Shown one piece after another: positions 26,740 to 39,645 of a DNA stretch of 64,000 nucleotides. The notes below the pieces were generated by a model that worked only from the letters and a program-made list of their open reading frames with translations, was not told the DNA's origin and made no database searches. The translations under genes were made by a program, and so were the position numbers. The DNA comes from Lama glama (lineage: Eukaryota). Position 1 is the first letter of the stretch. Each line of letters starts with the position of its first letter. The stretch spans positions 10,108,001 to 10,172,000 of the forward strand of contig CM052816.1 of assembly GCA_028534125.1 (NCBI GenBank). Reading direction: 5' to 3'.

Positions 26740-26980
26740 GACCATTTATTGAGCATTTTCTAGGTGCCAGGCTCAGCGCCAAACATTTCGCATACATTAC
26801 CTGTACTTAATTTTTGCAACCATATTCTCAGATAGCTGTTATTATGGCAGTTTTATAGACAGAAACATGAGGCTTAGAGAAGTTAAACAACTTCTATGGT
26901 CTTGTAGATGATGAACTGGCCGCGCCCATTTCAAACCAGGCACAGCCGACCTCTAAGTCCCCTTCCCTAACCACTGTCCT
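26740..26980 (-). mobile_element. MIR SINE
   Basis: catttattgagcattttctaggtgccaggc...gttttatagacagaaacatgaggcttagagaagttaa. Confidence 0.8.
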
Positions 26981-27415
26981 TGCTGCTTCCCCTTTAAGGA
27001 CTAACTCTTGTGTTTTTCTCCCTGCTGGGAAAGTTTTTCAGGGAATAAATATTTCAGAGAATAAAGCTTCTTACTTGACAGCTTCCAACCCTGCCTTAGC
27101 CTTTTGAAATTATAACACTTTAGAGAGGAAAAGCTTGGCAGTATTTCTGTCCTTTATTCCCCCTCCTTCCAGTTTTTATTGATGACACTTGAGCGTGCTC
27201 CTTCAGTTTCCAAAGTGCTGTTGGAAACGTCCTCTCACTTTATCCTCCTGAAAGTGAGGAGGCAAACTAGGCGGGGATGGAATTAAGACTTTACGGATGA
27301 GAAAGCAAACATGGAACTGTTAAATACATCGGCCAAGGTCATGCATCTGTGACTAAAACTGATGTTGGCCAACTCTTAATTCAGGGATACGTTGACTTAC
27401 ATTATAGGAGTTCAT

Positions 27416-27463
<48 letters not shown>
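27416..27463. repeat. (CTAT)n / GATA tetranucleotide microsatellite
   Basis: About 11-12 perfect units. Confidence 0.95.
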
Positions 27464-27599
27464 GACAGTGATTAGAAAGGAAAAGAGAACTTCTGATCCA
27501 GCTCTTTTAGAAATCAGCTTTAACTGCCCCAACTTGTGAAGATGTCATGAAGATGAAGTGGGTCCCAGCAAATCTTCCTTCTGTGTCACCACTCCATGC

Positions 27600-27820
27600 A
27601 GCAGACCTGAGTTTGAGTTTGAGCTGAGCTTCTTACCTCCCTGGATAACTCAAGGGATTTAATAAATCACTCTGAATCTTATTTCTTCTCATTAAAGCAA
27701 AATGATGATAGTTCTTACCTGGTAGAGTTTTTCAGAAGGACTTAAATTGGTGATGCCCCTGAGGCACATGGCACAATGCCAGGCACACAGTAGGTGCATA
27801 GCACATTAGATGCTGTTCTT
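27600..27820 (+). mobile_element. MIR SINE
   Basis: cagacctgagtttgag...ggcacaatgccaggcacacagtaggtgc. Confidence 0.7.
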
Positions 27821-30779
27821 TTTATTGTCATTGAAGAGCAAGAAAGACATTAAAAGACACTTCTCTACAACACCTTGTCTCATTAGCTCAAGCTGCAGGT
27901 GTGATAACAAACAAATAAAAGAGGAAGATGACAAAAATAACGGTGCTAGAAAATCTGTTTGGCATGTTTACATGGGGCCTTCATTTATGAGCATATGGTA
28001 CAGTAGATGGTAAAAGAAAACTACCTTGCATTGTAAGTACTCTAGAATTGAAAAAAAAAAAACAAGCTGATGAAGGTCAAGTGTCTTGTATCCTCAGGAC
28101 CTAGCTCAAGGCTTAACAAACAGTGTTTTAAATTAATGTAGAATTATGAATAAAGGAATCGTTTGTTTGATTAACTTATTTATCTTTGAAGCCCTATCAT
28201 CTTGTCTCAAAATAAGGTTTTAATTAAGTGTCTGGTAAAGTGGGTTGTTCTTCTAATAAGAAACAGATCTGCTACATACTAGATTGAATTGGATTGAAGC
28301 CCTTTGGAGATGCGAAAATGCCTTCCCACAGGTATTGGGAAATTACAAGATCATTTTACCACAGTATCTTTCAGATATGTTGTACACCTCTTCTTTGGGG
28401 TTTTAGATCATTCATTCTATTTGTAAAATAGTTAACGTGTTTAAGGTCGTTATCCCTAGGCTACTGTGAAGAGACAACTATATAGCCATGGCTAGTGGAT
28501 AAGATAAAACGAGCACTTTTTAAAGCCACGTGCCGATCTTTCCTGCAATGTCTAATGATGGTTTAAACAGACTGCCTAATGAAAGAGACGCAGGCAGAAC
28601 CGTAATTGCTAAAAATAACTACGACAAAATGCATAGCAGAGTGAGGGAATCATCTTGTGAATATGAAGGAGTGTCAACCTCTCACTCTGTTTGGCTCAAT
28701 GATTACCTGTTTTTAAAAATTCCCTGTGTTTGAACACCCAGCATTGAGAGAAAAGATGTTCTTTTTTTTGAGCAGTGATAAACTTTCAACCCATGGCACT
28801 GCCCCAAATTCATGTTAATAACCCAAAGGGGCAATTGTAAGAGGACATACCCCCTTGAGGGTACAAAGTCATGTTAAACTCTTCTCCTACCCTATTTGAA
28901 TAATTTTGTTTAAAAAAAAATTACACAAGAATTTCCTATTTGGGGAAACTTATTTTATGTGGTCTCCATATCCCAGTTAACATATGTGGGAGGCTGCTAA
29001 TTTGTCGAGGTTAATTGTATTTTATTCTCTAAAGATGAAATCTGCTCTCACAGATTAAGTGCTTACATGGAACTGTTTTGTTTCTTAAAGATTTATGTAA
29101 GCTAGAAAGTGGGTGTTAAAAGTGACAGAATGATATGCTAGTTTATAACACGTTTAGCTAGGATACTCAATGCCATGAATTCAGCGTACTTACAAAGTAC
29201 ATGCATTTCTGGATTTTGTGTATCTGATTACATGGGATGTATGATACTCTTTTTCTCTATGTCTGATGTTAAAGTGGGAGTCACAAGGCATAAAGTCCAA
29301 TAGCTTAGAAAGGCCACTTCTGCTGAAACAAAATTTATGGATTACATTCTAAAATTTCCACCATTTCCTTTAGATTCAATACTGTGCAAATGATGCATGG
29401 TTAAATTTTTCAAAATTCATAGTGTAATTAATCACATAATATTTATTTTTCCTTCTCCCAGGAACACTTTGCTGATGCTGTGTAGCTAACTAAACTAACG
29501 TCGTAAAAATAACATACTCTGTCCTGCAGCAGCAACATGAAATGAGGTTGCAAAGGGGAAAAAAGGAAACAAATGGAAATGCACTTTTTTTCTACTTTTA
29601 ATTTTTCAAAGATAATTCTTGGAGAAAATTAGTTATTGTGGTATTAAAAGAACAGTAAATTACAGATAAATTTGTTTTATCGGACAAGGCAACAAACTTG
29701 ACATCTTCAGCATCAGATGATTTAGTTTCTTCTTTATTTCACTTCTAGTATAACCAAAACATTGTCACCGTTCTCCTATCACTAACATAGGCCCATGTTA
29801 TCCTTTCACTAGCGACACTTTGCTGGGGCTGGTCACATCCTTAAAAAAAAAAAAGGCTCAGTTCAAATTCTCTTCACTCTCTAAGATAAAAAAGAAATAA
29901 GAAATTTCTATCTATGATATTCTTGAGCTCACTGGTGCAAATCCTCATGGATTTAGAAATTTGAAAAATCATGGAGACGAATTTTCAGGAAACAGCCATT
30001 GCTTATACAAGGAACCTCCCAAGTGCAAAGCACATAATCAAAAACAAAGGAAAAATAGAAGGGGTAGAGGAGAGAGTGGAAAGGAGAGAGAAAAGAAGGA
30101 AGGGAAGGGAAGGGGAGGAAAGAGAAGAGAATAGCAGCTAAAAAGAGCAAGGAGACAACCCCGAAATATGTGATAACAAGTTATAGCAGCATCTTTAAAA
30201 GATCACACAGGTATTTATAAAAACATCAGTGTGATAATTGCAACAAGCAGCAAACTACTAAGATTAGTCATTTGCAGGAAAGTTGGGTAGAGAGTACAAA
30301 TAGCAATTAGCAATTAAAATGTTAAGCTATGAGGGACCCTTTAGAAATCATTCAGTTCATTGGCTTTAAAATGTTGCACTGCACCTTTAAATATAATGTT
30401 GTATGTCAGTTATACTCCAATTTAAAAAAAAGAGAGGGAAAGAACTATTAAAAAAAAGTAGCTTTGAGAGGCTTGGCAACCTGTGCTCATTCTAAATCCG
30501 ATTTTATAGATTTGCATATTCAAATAAATCCAGAATCTTTCTAAGTTTAAAAAATGTTCCATCTTCAAATACTTTTTTGTATTGTTAACTGTGAATATCC
30601 AGGACAAAGAGAACCTGTTGAAAGTATGGTGAAGTATGCTGTTCCATAGTGATTTTTCTGAAATATTTATCATCTCTAGGGTAAATCCTTCCTAAGAGGT
30701 CTCAGTGATGGGAAAAATGAGGAAAGTGACATCCATTTCTTCCCACATTTCACTACGGAAGAAATATGATTTAAACATA

Positions 30780-31721
30780 GTAATATCACTAGATGTCTTG
30801 AAGGGCCTATCTCTTACTCAGAGAGGAATGTTTTAACAACAAAAAAAAAACCCTCCCACTGTGATTATGGATTTTTCCCTTTCTCTTTATACTTTGGTCA
30901 GTTTTTGATTTGTGTTTTTTGAGGCTGTGTTGATAGATATATACAAATTTAGAGTTGTTAAATCTTCCTGGGAAATTTGAATTTTATCATCAAAAAGTTA
31001 CTCTCCTTGTCTCTAGTAAAATTTGTTTTTTCTCATACTAATGTAGTCACTAGAACTTTCTTTTTTTTCTTTTTTTTAACATTTTTTATTGAGTTATAGT
31101 CATTTTACAATGTTGTGTCAAATTCCAGTGTAGAGCACAATTTTTCAGCCATACATGAACACACATCTACTCATTGTCACATTTTTTTTTCACTGTGAGC
31201 TACCACAAGATCTTGTATATATTTCCCTGTGCTATACAGTATAATCTTGTTTATCTATTCTGCATATGCCTGTCAGTATCTACAAATTTCGAAATCCCAG
31301 TCTGTCCCTTCCCACCCTCTGCACCCTTGGCAACCATAAGTTTGTGTTCTATGTCTGAGTCTGTTTCTGTTTCACTACAACTTTCTGTTTTGTTTTTATG
31401 ATACACAAAATAAATTCACATAAATACACATATTTTAAAAACTATTTCATCCTTATATTATCGATAGGACTCTTTAAATTAGCATATGATTTTGGCTTTT
31501 TTTTTTTTTTTTGCTTTTCCCAGTGTGCCGATTTTATCTTTTAACTGTTTTCTTCATCCAAATTTAATGTGGTTAGTGATATTTGAATTTACATCTACTA
31601 CTTCATTAAATGTTTTCCATTTGCTCCAGGAATTCTGTATTAGTTTTTTCCCTCTTCTCTCAACTTCTTTTGGATTTACTGGAATTTGGTAATCTCTGGA
31701 TTTCTTCTTTGTATTAACTTA
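30780..31721 (-). mobile_element. Old L1M fragment hosting a younger L1
   Basis: ctcccactgtgattatggatt...tttgaggctgtgttgatagatatatacaaatttagagttg, typical of antisense L1M ORF2 relics. Confidence 0.6.
31062..31371 (-). mobile_element. Young L1 3' end
   Basis: Poly(T) plus aacattttttattgagttatagtcattttacaatg. TSD tcacta(g/c)aactttct at 31047-31061 and 31372-31386. Confidence 0.9.
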
Positions 31722-32221
31722 NNNNNNNNNNNNNNNNNNNNNNNNNNNNNNNNNNNNNNNNNNNNNNNNNNNNNNNNNNNNNNNNNNNNNNNNNNNNNNN
31801 NNNNNNNNNNNNNNNNNNNNNNNNNNNNNNNNNNNNNNNNNNNNNNNNNNNNNNNNNNNNNNNNNNNNNNNNNNNNNNNNNNNNNNNNNNNNNNNNNNNN
31901 NNNNNNNNNNNNNNNNNNNNNNNNNNNNNNNNNNNNNNNNNNNNNNNNNNNNNNNNNNNNNNNNNNNNNNNNNNNNNNNNNNNNNNNNNNNNNNNNNNNN
32001 NNNNNNNNNNNNNNNNNNNNNNNNNNNNNNNNNNNNNNNNNNNNNNNNNNNNNNNNNNNNNNNNNNNNNNNNNNNNNNNNNNNNNNNNNNNNNNNNNNNN
32101 NNNNNNNNNNNNNNNNNNNNNNNNNNNNNNNNNNNNNNNNNNNNNNNNNNNNNNNNNNNNNNNNNNNNNNNNNNNNNNNNNNNNNNNNNNNNNNNNNNNN
32201 NNNNNNNNNNNNNNNNNNNNN
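31722..32221. other. Assembly gap (500 N)
   Basis: Run of N. Confidence 1.
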
Positions 32222-34483
32222 TGTTTTAAGTGGATAGATGCATGCAATGCCCCAAGATTAGTATATGGTACTTCATGAACATTCAATAAAGTTTAGCTTA
32301 TATTGTTTTTCCCAATATTATTGCTATTTGTTAAAAATATCTCATGTAAAAAATGGAAACTTGATGTTAAGGAAGGCTCACATTTGCAAAAAGAGTTCTT
32401 AGTTTGTAAACTGTCAAAAAATCAAACAAATGTTAAGCAGTTTTTATTAGTATAATAAAGATATACTATAATCCACAATCTACAGTAGTTTTACAGCATT
32501 CTGCAATGTATAGTCTACAGTCCTTGAAGTGAAAAAAATTTGAAGTCTGCTGCATTGTATCATTTCTGGCTAGGAATATCGTAAATGTAAAATGTAAGAA
32601 ATTAAATTTATACAATGGATTTTTAATATTCAGGATGTGGGTTGTCTTTGGAGATTGCCAGTTTTGACAGTTTCCTTTAATCTCACTTTGCTCCCCTCCT
32701 TGTGCATGTATCTAAATTGTTAGCTGTATTCCTTAAAGGAACCCTGCCTAACTAGAATTACTTGCGTTTCTGAACTGAGCATAACAAAGACTATGTATTC
32801 TAATCCTTTGCATTCTCAAAAGGGTTACTGCTTAAGCTTTGTCTTGAGAAGGAGAATGGGAAGTGTGTGTTTGAAGCTGGAGTATGTTCTCATCCATTTT
32901 TGCTTTTAAACATTCATAGACTTGCCCATTACTTCATCAGAGTGGAAGGGGTGGATGCCAGGCGCTGTGTGGTCATGGTGTCTAAATTAAGATGGATGAG
33001 GGAGCAACTGAGTGAAACATCCAATCCTAGTTTTAAAATGCCCCCTCCCCCCTCCACTAACTGATATTGACAGAGCAATTTTATAATGTGAGAAAGCCAC
33101 ACAAAGCAATGAGAATAAAGCCCTGAGTGAGTTTTATTAGTGGAAGGACTCCAAAATTCGCTCCCTGGCCTATATGTTCCTACTGTTTCAACAGATTTCA
33201 TAGGATTTTACAGAGGACTCTATGCAAAATATGATCATTTTCACACCATAATATAAAGGAAGGAGAAACAGGAATTTAAAAAATGATGGCTACAAATCTT
33301 GTTATTTAATGCATGCAGAAAATGAGACCTAGGGAGCATAATTTGCTCTATTTCAAATGAAACTGACTAATACCTTCCCCAGGATGGGGCGAACCAGGTG
33401 GGAATGTTGGCCCTATGAGTCCATGCAGTTATTACCTGGAGTAGGTGGAAAACGTGACTTCTGCAGATGAGTGTGGCTTGTAGCCGAGAAGGGAAGTCCA
33501 GAACTGGAGGAGCAGTTTCAGACATAGGTCTGATGGTAGGTGTGAACTTGGAGACCGGAGACAAAGCAGAACTCACAAGCTCATATCAGAAAACCAAGTT
33601 CAAAGGGCAACATGCCATACATTTTAGAGATCTAAATTATGAATAAAGCAAGGTTCCTTGTAGAATATTCTAATGTGACATAAAGTCTACCCAACTTTAA
33701 AACAGTTGGATAGCTGGTGAGAGATCTTTATCAACACCTTAAAGTCTACCATTTAAGAAGAATTTATTATGTATTACATGCTATAATTTACCTCCATTGT
33801 TCCATTTACTCTTCTAAAATAATCATGACATCAGTGATAGTATTGTTCCATTTTTATCTGTAAGGAAACTGAAGCTTAAGAAAATTAGGTTGCCCCCACA
33901 GTTCCCATAAGTATCTGTCTCTTTAGGCTGTCTGCCTTCTCACCAGTATCCTACCCTCGTCCATGTTTGTTAACATTTGTTTTCCTCTGCCTGATTGAAA
34001 AGTGTGGGAAGGAAAGAATCCCATCCTTTTTATTCACTACTGAGTCTCCACTTTCAAGCATAGTACCCAGTGCAAAATAAATACTTGTTGAAAGAACGAA
34101 TAAATGAATCAATGAATAGAATATACCATTTCTCATCACTCCTGCAGACTGGAAACTACCTCATTATGACTCTAGGAAATTGCAGGCTCTGGGTTTGATG
34201 CGTGCTTCCCCATATGAGGCACAAACATCTTTTTCTTGGCAGCAATAGTCATATTCTCTTTGTCATCAAGCCCATGTTCTCAAAGTCCCTCTGAAAATAA
34301 AAATAAGAAAACTTATTTTTAAATGTAGATCCATTTATATCTCTACCGTCATAGAATATTGTCATTTAACATCTTTCCAACATGAGTGAATAATTTTCAG
34401 AAAAATTTAAGAGCCTAATTAAGACTTTTTAAGAAATAGTATAAAGATGTCTATTCCTCTCTGTTCAGATACATTAATTTTTT

Positions 34484-34627
34484 AATGTTTTATTTATTAT
34501 TGTGTTGTTTAATTGGGGGGCAGGGGTAATTGGGTTTATTTATTTTGTGGGGAGGTACTGAGGATTGAGCCCAGGACCTCATGCATGCAAAGCATGTGCT
34601 CAACCACTTGAGCTATACCCTCCCCCC
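34484..34627 (-). mobile_element. Vic-1-like SINE
   Basis: ggaggtactgaggattgagcccaggacctc...ccacttgagctataccctcccc. TSD acattaatttttt at 34471-34483 and 34628-34640. Confidence 0.93.
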
Positions 34628-34899
34628 ACATTAATTTTTTTTATCTCAACCTGTACTACTTGGAATGTGTCCGTATAACTGATTCAGAAATCTGCATCAA
34701 GATCTAAAATAATATTATTACCTTACATTTGCATAATGTAATTAAGTTTTCAGAGCTGTTTTCCATCACATCTGTCATCTTATTTTATGTTTCTCTTTAG
34801 CAGAGCCTTGGTGCATTTTGGATTCATGGCATCATAAAAATATATAGCTGAATACCATTAAAACATTGGTGTTGAGGGGTAAAACTACAACCTTCATAT

Positions 34900-35110
34900 T
34901 CACAGCACAGTATAAAGTGCTTTCACGTATATTACCTTAATGGATCTCACAACAATCCTGAGCATGAGATAGAGTCAGTATCATCATCTTTATTTTACAG
35001 ACTAGGAAATGGAGCCTCAAAAGTTAACTGACTTATTTCTGAAGGTCACCTAGCTAGTTAGTGGCAAAACCCAGACTAGATGGTAGGATTTCTGACTTTT
35101 AAGTGAAGTA
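34900..35110 (-). mobile_element. MIR SINE
   Basis: ctcacaacaatcctgag...attttacagactaggaaatggagcctc...aaggtcacctagctagttagtggc. Confidence 0.75.
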
Positions 35111-35835
35111 AGCTATTGCAAAAGAACACGTACTATGTTTTTTACTTCTCCTTGACACTTTGTTGTATATATAATGCATACCTGTTGGTTTCAGATATTT
35201 TATTTGCATTTTCCTTTGACAGCTAATATATTTAATGGAAGAAATGATAAAGTTAGATGTCACAACAGAATCTATATATCCCTATAGTGTTATAAAGCAC
35301 TCAGTTTTTTTTGAAATTTTCAGAATATGTGAAACAAACAAAACCTCCCAGGTCCCTTGGAGGATAACTAAACCAATTCCATAATTGTAAGTATGAGTAA
35401 ACTGGGTTCCAAGGAAATTAAATGGCTTGCTTAAGTTTAAGAAGGTAAGTAATAAAAGAGCTCAGAATAGAGCTCGTGTTTCCTGACTCATCTATTTATT
35501 TAGTGCTCCTTCAGATTTTATTAAGTCTCTGTTATATGCCGATCACTCTATTAGGCACTGAAGGATGCAGAGACTAGTAGAATATCATTGCCTTTAGAGA
35601 ATTTGTAGAAAATACTTAATTGCATTTTTAAAATATCTTGAAATGCATACTATACACATCAGTATATATGTACCTATTTATATACAGAGACTTAGATAGA
35701 TCCATGTGTATATGTACAGAAATGCTTATGTATGTACTTGTAGGCATGTGTACATATATGCACATACATATAATTATAGATGTGTACATAAACATTTGGG
35801 GTGTTGTATGTTTTTTTTTCTGTGTACAATTCATA

Positions 35836-36278
35836 TTTTTTCCAGTTTTATTGGTATATGATTGACATATAACATTGTATAAACTTAAGATGAAGAATGT
35901 GATTTTATATATGTATACATACACACACACACATATATATATATATTGCAAATGATTACCACAATAAATTTAGGCAAATTCCATCACCTCTCATAGTTAC
36001 AATTTTTTCCTAAGATCTACTCTCTCGGCAACTGCCAGATATACAATGCAGTCTTGTTAACTATAGTCACCATGCTGTGCATTACATCCCCAGGACTTAG
36101 TTTTCTTACAAAAAAAGGAATTTTGTACCTTTTGACCCTCTTCACTCATTTTGCCCACCCTCCCTCCTCCACCCCCCACCTCTGGCAACCACCATTCTGA
36201 TTTCTGTTTCCGTGAGACTGTTTATTTTTAGATTCCACAAATAAGTAAGATCAGACTGAATTTGTCTTTCTCTGTCTC
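35836..36278 (-). mobile_element. L1 3' UTR fragment (L1MA-like)
   Basis: gattgacatataacattgtat...gttaactatagtcaccatgctgtgcattacatccccaggac...ctggcaaccaccattctg. Confidence 0.85.
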
Positions 36279-37139
36279 TTGTGTGTGTGTTTTCATACAT
36301 AAATACGTACATGCAAGTATATATAACGGTTTCATAATGTAGATCCTTAACATTCTCAGCAAAAAACTGAGATCTTCTCAACTCTCCTAATGTAATTCGG
36401 TTTTCATAACACAGTCATAAAATATCATTTAAACGTTGGACAGCTCCATGAATCTAAACTATTTATATCATCCATTTAATAAATCTTATTTGCTGCCACA
36501 GTTCAAATCCTCAATTTTTTTTCAAAATACCTCTTCGTAGATTAAAAGATCATTCTTACCCTTTCCACACCCATCACCAGCACCAACCGCTGGCGAACTT
36601 TGGGGGGTGATTTTCACAAGAAAACAAAATGTGCTGTTGTTGATGTGGTGATGGTCTCTTCACTGCTCAGGAGAGTCACAGTGTTTCTAAGGAATAGGGC
36701 TGCCTTGGGACCTTTGGCTCACTTTCCACAGTCACCTCAGTGGCACACTGCTTTCAGGGTACTGACAGTTCAAACCCAGGAATCCACAGTATTCCAAATG
36801 GCCTCCTGTCGCGGACCTTTGAGGTCACTGCAAATGTTGTATTTCTTTGATTAAGACACAGTTCATCGTGTTATGTAACATCTGATTTGCTAACATCTTT
36901 TCGGGAAAACCATGTCCATAGTAAGAAGCATCTCGGTGTCAGGAACATGGTAATCTGAGGGCAGGGAGGGTTCATATTAGAATGGAAGGAATAGGAGTTA
37001 AAGCTGTGAATGAAAAATGACAAGTTTAAAGAACAACTTATTCTGTAGGTTGATTACTAAACTCATCATCATTAACTGTGTGTTGGTAATCATAACTCCA
37101 GCTTGTTCCACCTCCCACGTGACTAGCTGTCCATTAAGT

Positions 37140-37316
37140 CAGTGTTTTGCAATGTGTTGTTCTTCAGAATCACCTGGGAGCTTGCTGAAAACGAGATTCC
37201 CAGTTTTCACCCCAGAGCTCCTAATTCAGAATTTCTAGGGATGGAGCCTAGCCTCGGGGTGTTGAACAACCCCCCCAAGGTGAGACTAATTCTCTTCAAG
37301 GTTTGAGACTCAGTCT
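37140..37316. mobile_element. MER5A-like hAT DNA transposon
   Basis: cagaatcacctgggagcttgctgaaaac...aattcagaatttctaggg...aaggtttgagac. Confidence 0.8.
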
Positions 37317-37941
37317 GAAACCCAGTGTTGAGGGAAATGAGAATCTTTCTTTGGTCCACATTCCTTTTTTTTTTTTTTTTACTTTATTTTATTGTAGTTT
37401 TTGTTTTATTGCTTTCAAGTTGACACTCTTCTTCCATTGTCTCTTGAACCTCGTTTGTTGCTAGGGTCCATGTGCTAGATACACATTTCACCATGTGTAT
37501 TTAAATGCATAAAATATTCTCATACGCTGACTCAAAAACTGCACACTTCCAAGAATGTCTCCTAAGGAAATCTTTGTTGATATGTATATAATATACATTT
37601 AAATCCCTCTTTATAATCTTGGGAAACCTTGCTCAGAAATCATCCTCAGCCTGAGCTTTTTTCTGACTTTTCTCAGACTAATCAATGTAGTCGCCATCAA
37701 AACAGCCCCATTTCTGTTCTCTAGAAGTGCTTGGTTCGGCTCATGGCTTCTTGCCAACCACATCTTGTTACTATTCCATTTTTCTTCAGGAGACTACTTA
37801 CTATTTCTGACCTGAATTACATATCAAACATTGACTCATAGCAGATTCAGTGTTGCAAAGCCACCGTTACATATCACATCAACAGTCTGAGTCAAACACT
37901 TGAAGGAGACTGCACGATGGAACATACATATGTCTGTTCAT

Positions 37942-37976
37942 GGAGGTATAGCTCAGGGGTAGAGCATTTGACTGCA
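37942..37976 (+). pseudogene. Tailless retropseudogene of the 5' half of tRNA-Cys(GCA)
   Basis: ggaggtatagctcaggggtagagcatttgactgca matches the vertebrate tRNA-Cys 5' half through the anticodon. Flanked by catatgtc(t/c)gttcat direct repeats. Confidence 0.88.
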
Positions 37977-38149
37977 TATGTCCGTTCATTTTGGAGTGGG
38001 ATACATCACCAGGGAGGATACACCGATGCTCCCGGAACTCTGGTACCTACACATCGCATTTCTGTGAGCAACAGCATCATTAAGACTGAGTGAGAGAAGC
38101 TCACAGGGCCTGGGAGGGGCGCGGTCACTCTGCCTCAATCTGGCATTGA

Positions 38150-38420
38150 TCCACTACTTCCCAGAATGTTTTGTTAGATGGAATATGCTTTGATTTTTTT
38201 TTTCTCACAGTGATACATTTATTGTAGCACACACTAGAAAAATATTACTAGCATACCACAATTTTGGTTTTACTTAGATTGAGGCTAGAATAGATAGACT
38301 TTAAGGGAAAAAGTGAGTGAATTGATTTAAAGAAAAAATTTTAAAATATTATTATAGTTGGTGTGTAAATATAGTGAAACTAGGGAGGGATGAAAACGCC
38401 TGAAGTTTAGGGAGCACTGC
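38150..38420. mobile_element. Probable hAT-Charlie relic (MER112/113-like)
   Basis: AT-rich interior ending gtttagggagcactg; family uncertain. Confidence 0.35.
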
Positions 38421-39209
38421 GTTTATCAATGCTGGTTGCGCATCTCACAGGGGGCAGCCAGCATCACTGAGAGCACGTGTCCGTTTCTGTCCTTTCTAAG
38501 ACTCTACAGCTTGACTGCACTTTGCCAAGGACTTTGCACCGTGCATGGGACACAGGATTAATATGTAGTAAATCACAGTGCCTTGTTTAAACTGTTTCAC
38601 TTCCTGTATGAAAAATCATCCACTTGCCCTCAAAGAAGGCCTAGGAGTACAACACACAGGTAAACACACATAAGCCTTCAGAGAAGAAAGAAGTACTAAT
38701 TTCAATCCCTTACTGACTGTCATTCTCTGAGTAAGTTACTAAACTTCTCAGAGGCTGAGTTTTCTCCTCTGACAAATGGAGATGATATTAAGGTAGATTA
38801 TAGGTTTTTGGATAAGTGGCAAACACTACATACATTTCTAGTCATGCTGCATGGCACACTGTAGGGACTCAGTATTGGAATTATTATGATGTTCATTTTA
38901 TCAGGTGACTGTTTATGACCAAAAGTGGTAACACACGGGCATCACTGGGAAGAGAGCACCGCAAGAAGAGAGATAAGACAGGGAAGTCACCATAAATGGA
39001 TACCTCAGCCCAAGTCCTCAGACCCAGTCCTTACCACTGGTGGCTGAAAAGAATGGCTGGTCAGTTCTTCGTTGGAGGAGTTGCTGGCCTTAGACCCATT
39101 CCTGATACTCAAGTCTTGAGGAAGATTTAAAAAAAAAAAATCTAGTGTCACCTTTGAGCTTTTCCTTAATCAGTTAGCTAAGGTAATTTACTTCTACAAG
39201 TCTTTCTGT

Positions 39210-39645
39210 ATTAACATCTTTGAAGATTTTTCTGTGAGGACTGCTTTTTATTTGTCACAGCTGCGTGATATTTCACTGTAGTTTTTCTCACTTATATTTA
39301 GGTTGTCCTAGTTAGTGTTTCGCTTTTTACAAACAATGCTATAATGACTATCCTTATACTAAGGTCATTTGACACTTGGGCAAGTGTACATCCAGCATAA
39401 ATTCCTAGAAATAGAATGTCTAAATAAAAAGGCATACGCATTTTCAGTTATTAAATAGGTTGCCATTTGCTCTGCAGAAAGGTGCTGGTTTGCACCCGCA
39501 CTGCGTTACAGGAGTGTTTCCCCCACATCCATGCCCAAACAGTGCATTTGAAAACTGTTTTCTTCTGATAGGTTAAAAATGGAATTGTTGTTTGAAATCG
39601 CAAGTCCTTGATCATGCATGAGGTTGAGCTTTTTCTCTCTTTCAA
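39210..39645 (-). mobile_element. Ancient L1ME fragment
   Basis: ttacaaacaatgctataatgactatcc...ataaattcctagaaatagaatg...catgaggttgagc. Confidence 0.7.

Noticed and set aside
31686..32286. 183-aa and 190-aa ORFs
   Set aside because: Artefacts of translating through the 500-N gap.
35628..35950. ORFs over TA/CA-rich sequence
   Set aside because: Low-complexity sequence plus L1 UTR.
38440..38460. CTCF-like partial motifs (also near 50765 and 53980)
   Set aside because: Mismatches in the conserved 5' CC(A/G) positions; not supportable without ChIP data or motif scoring.
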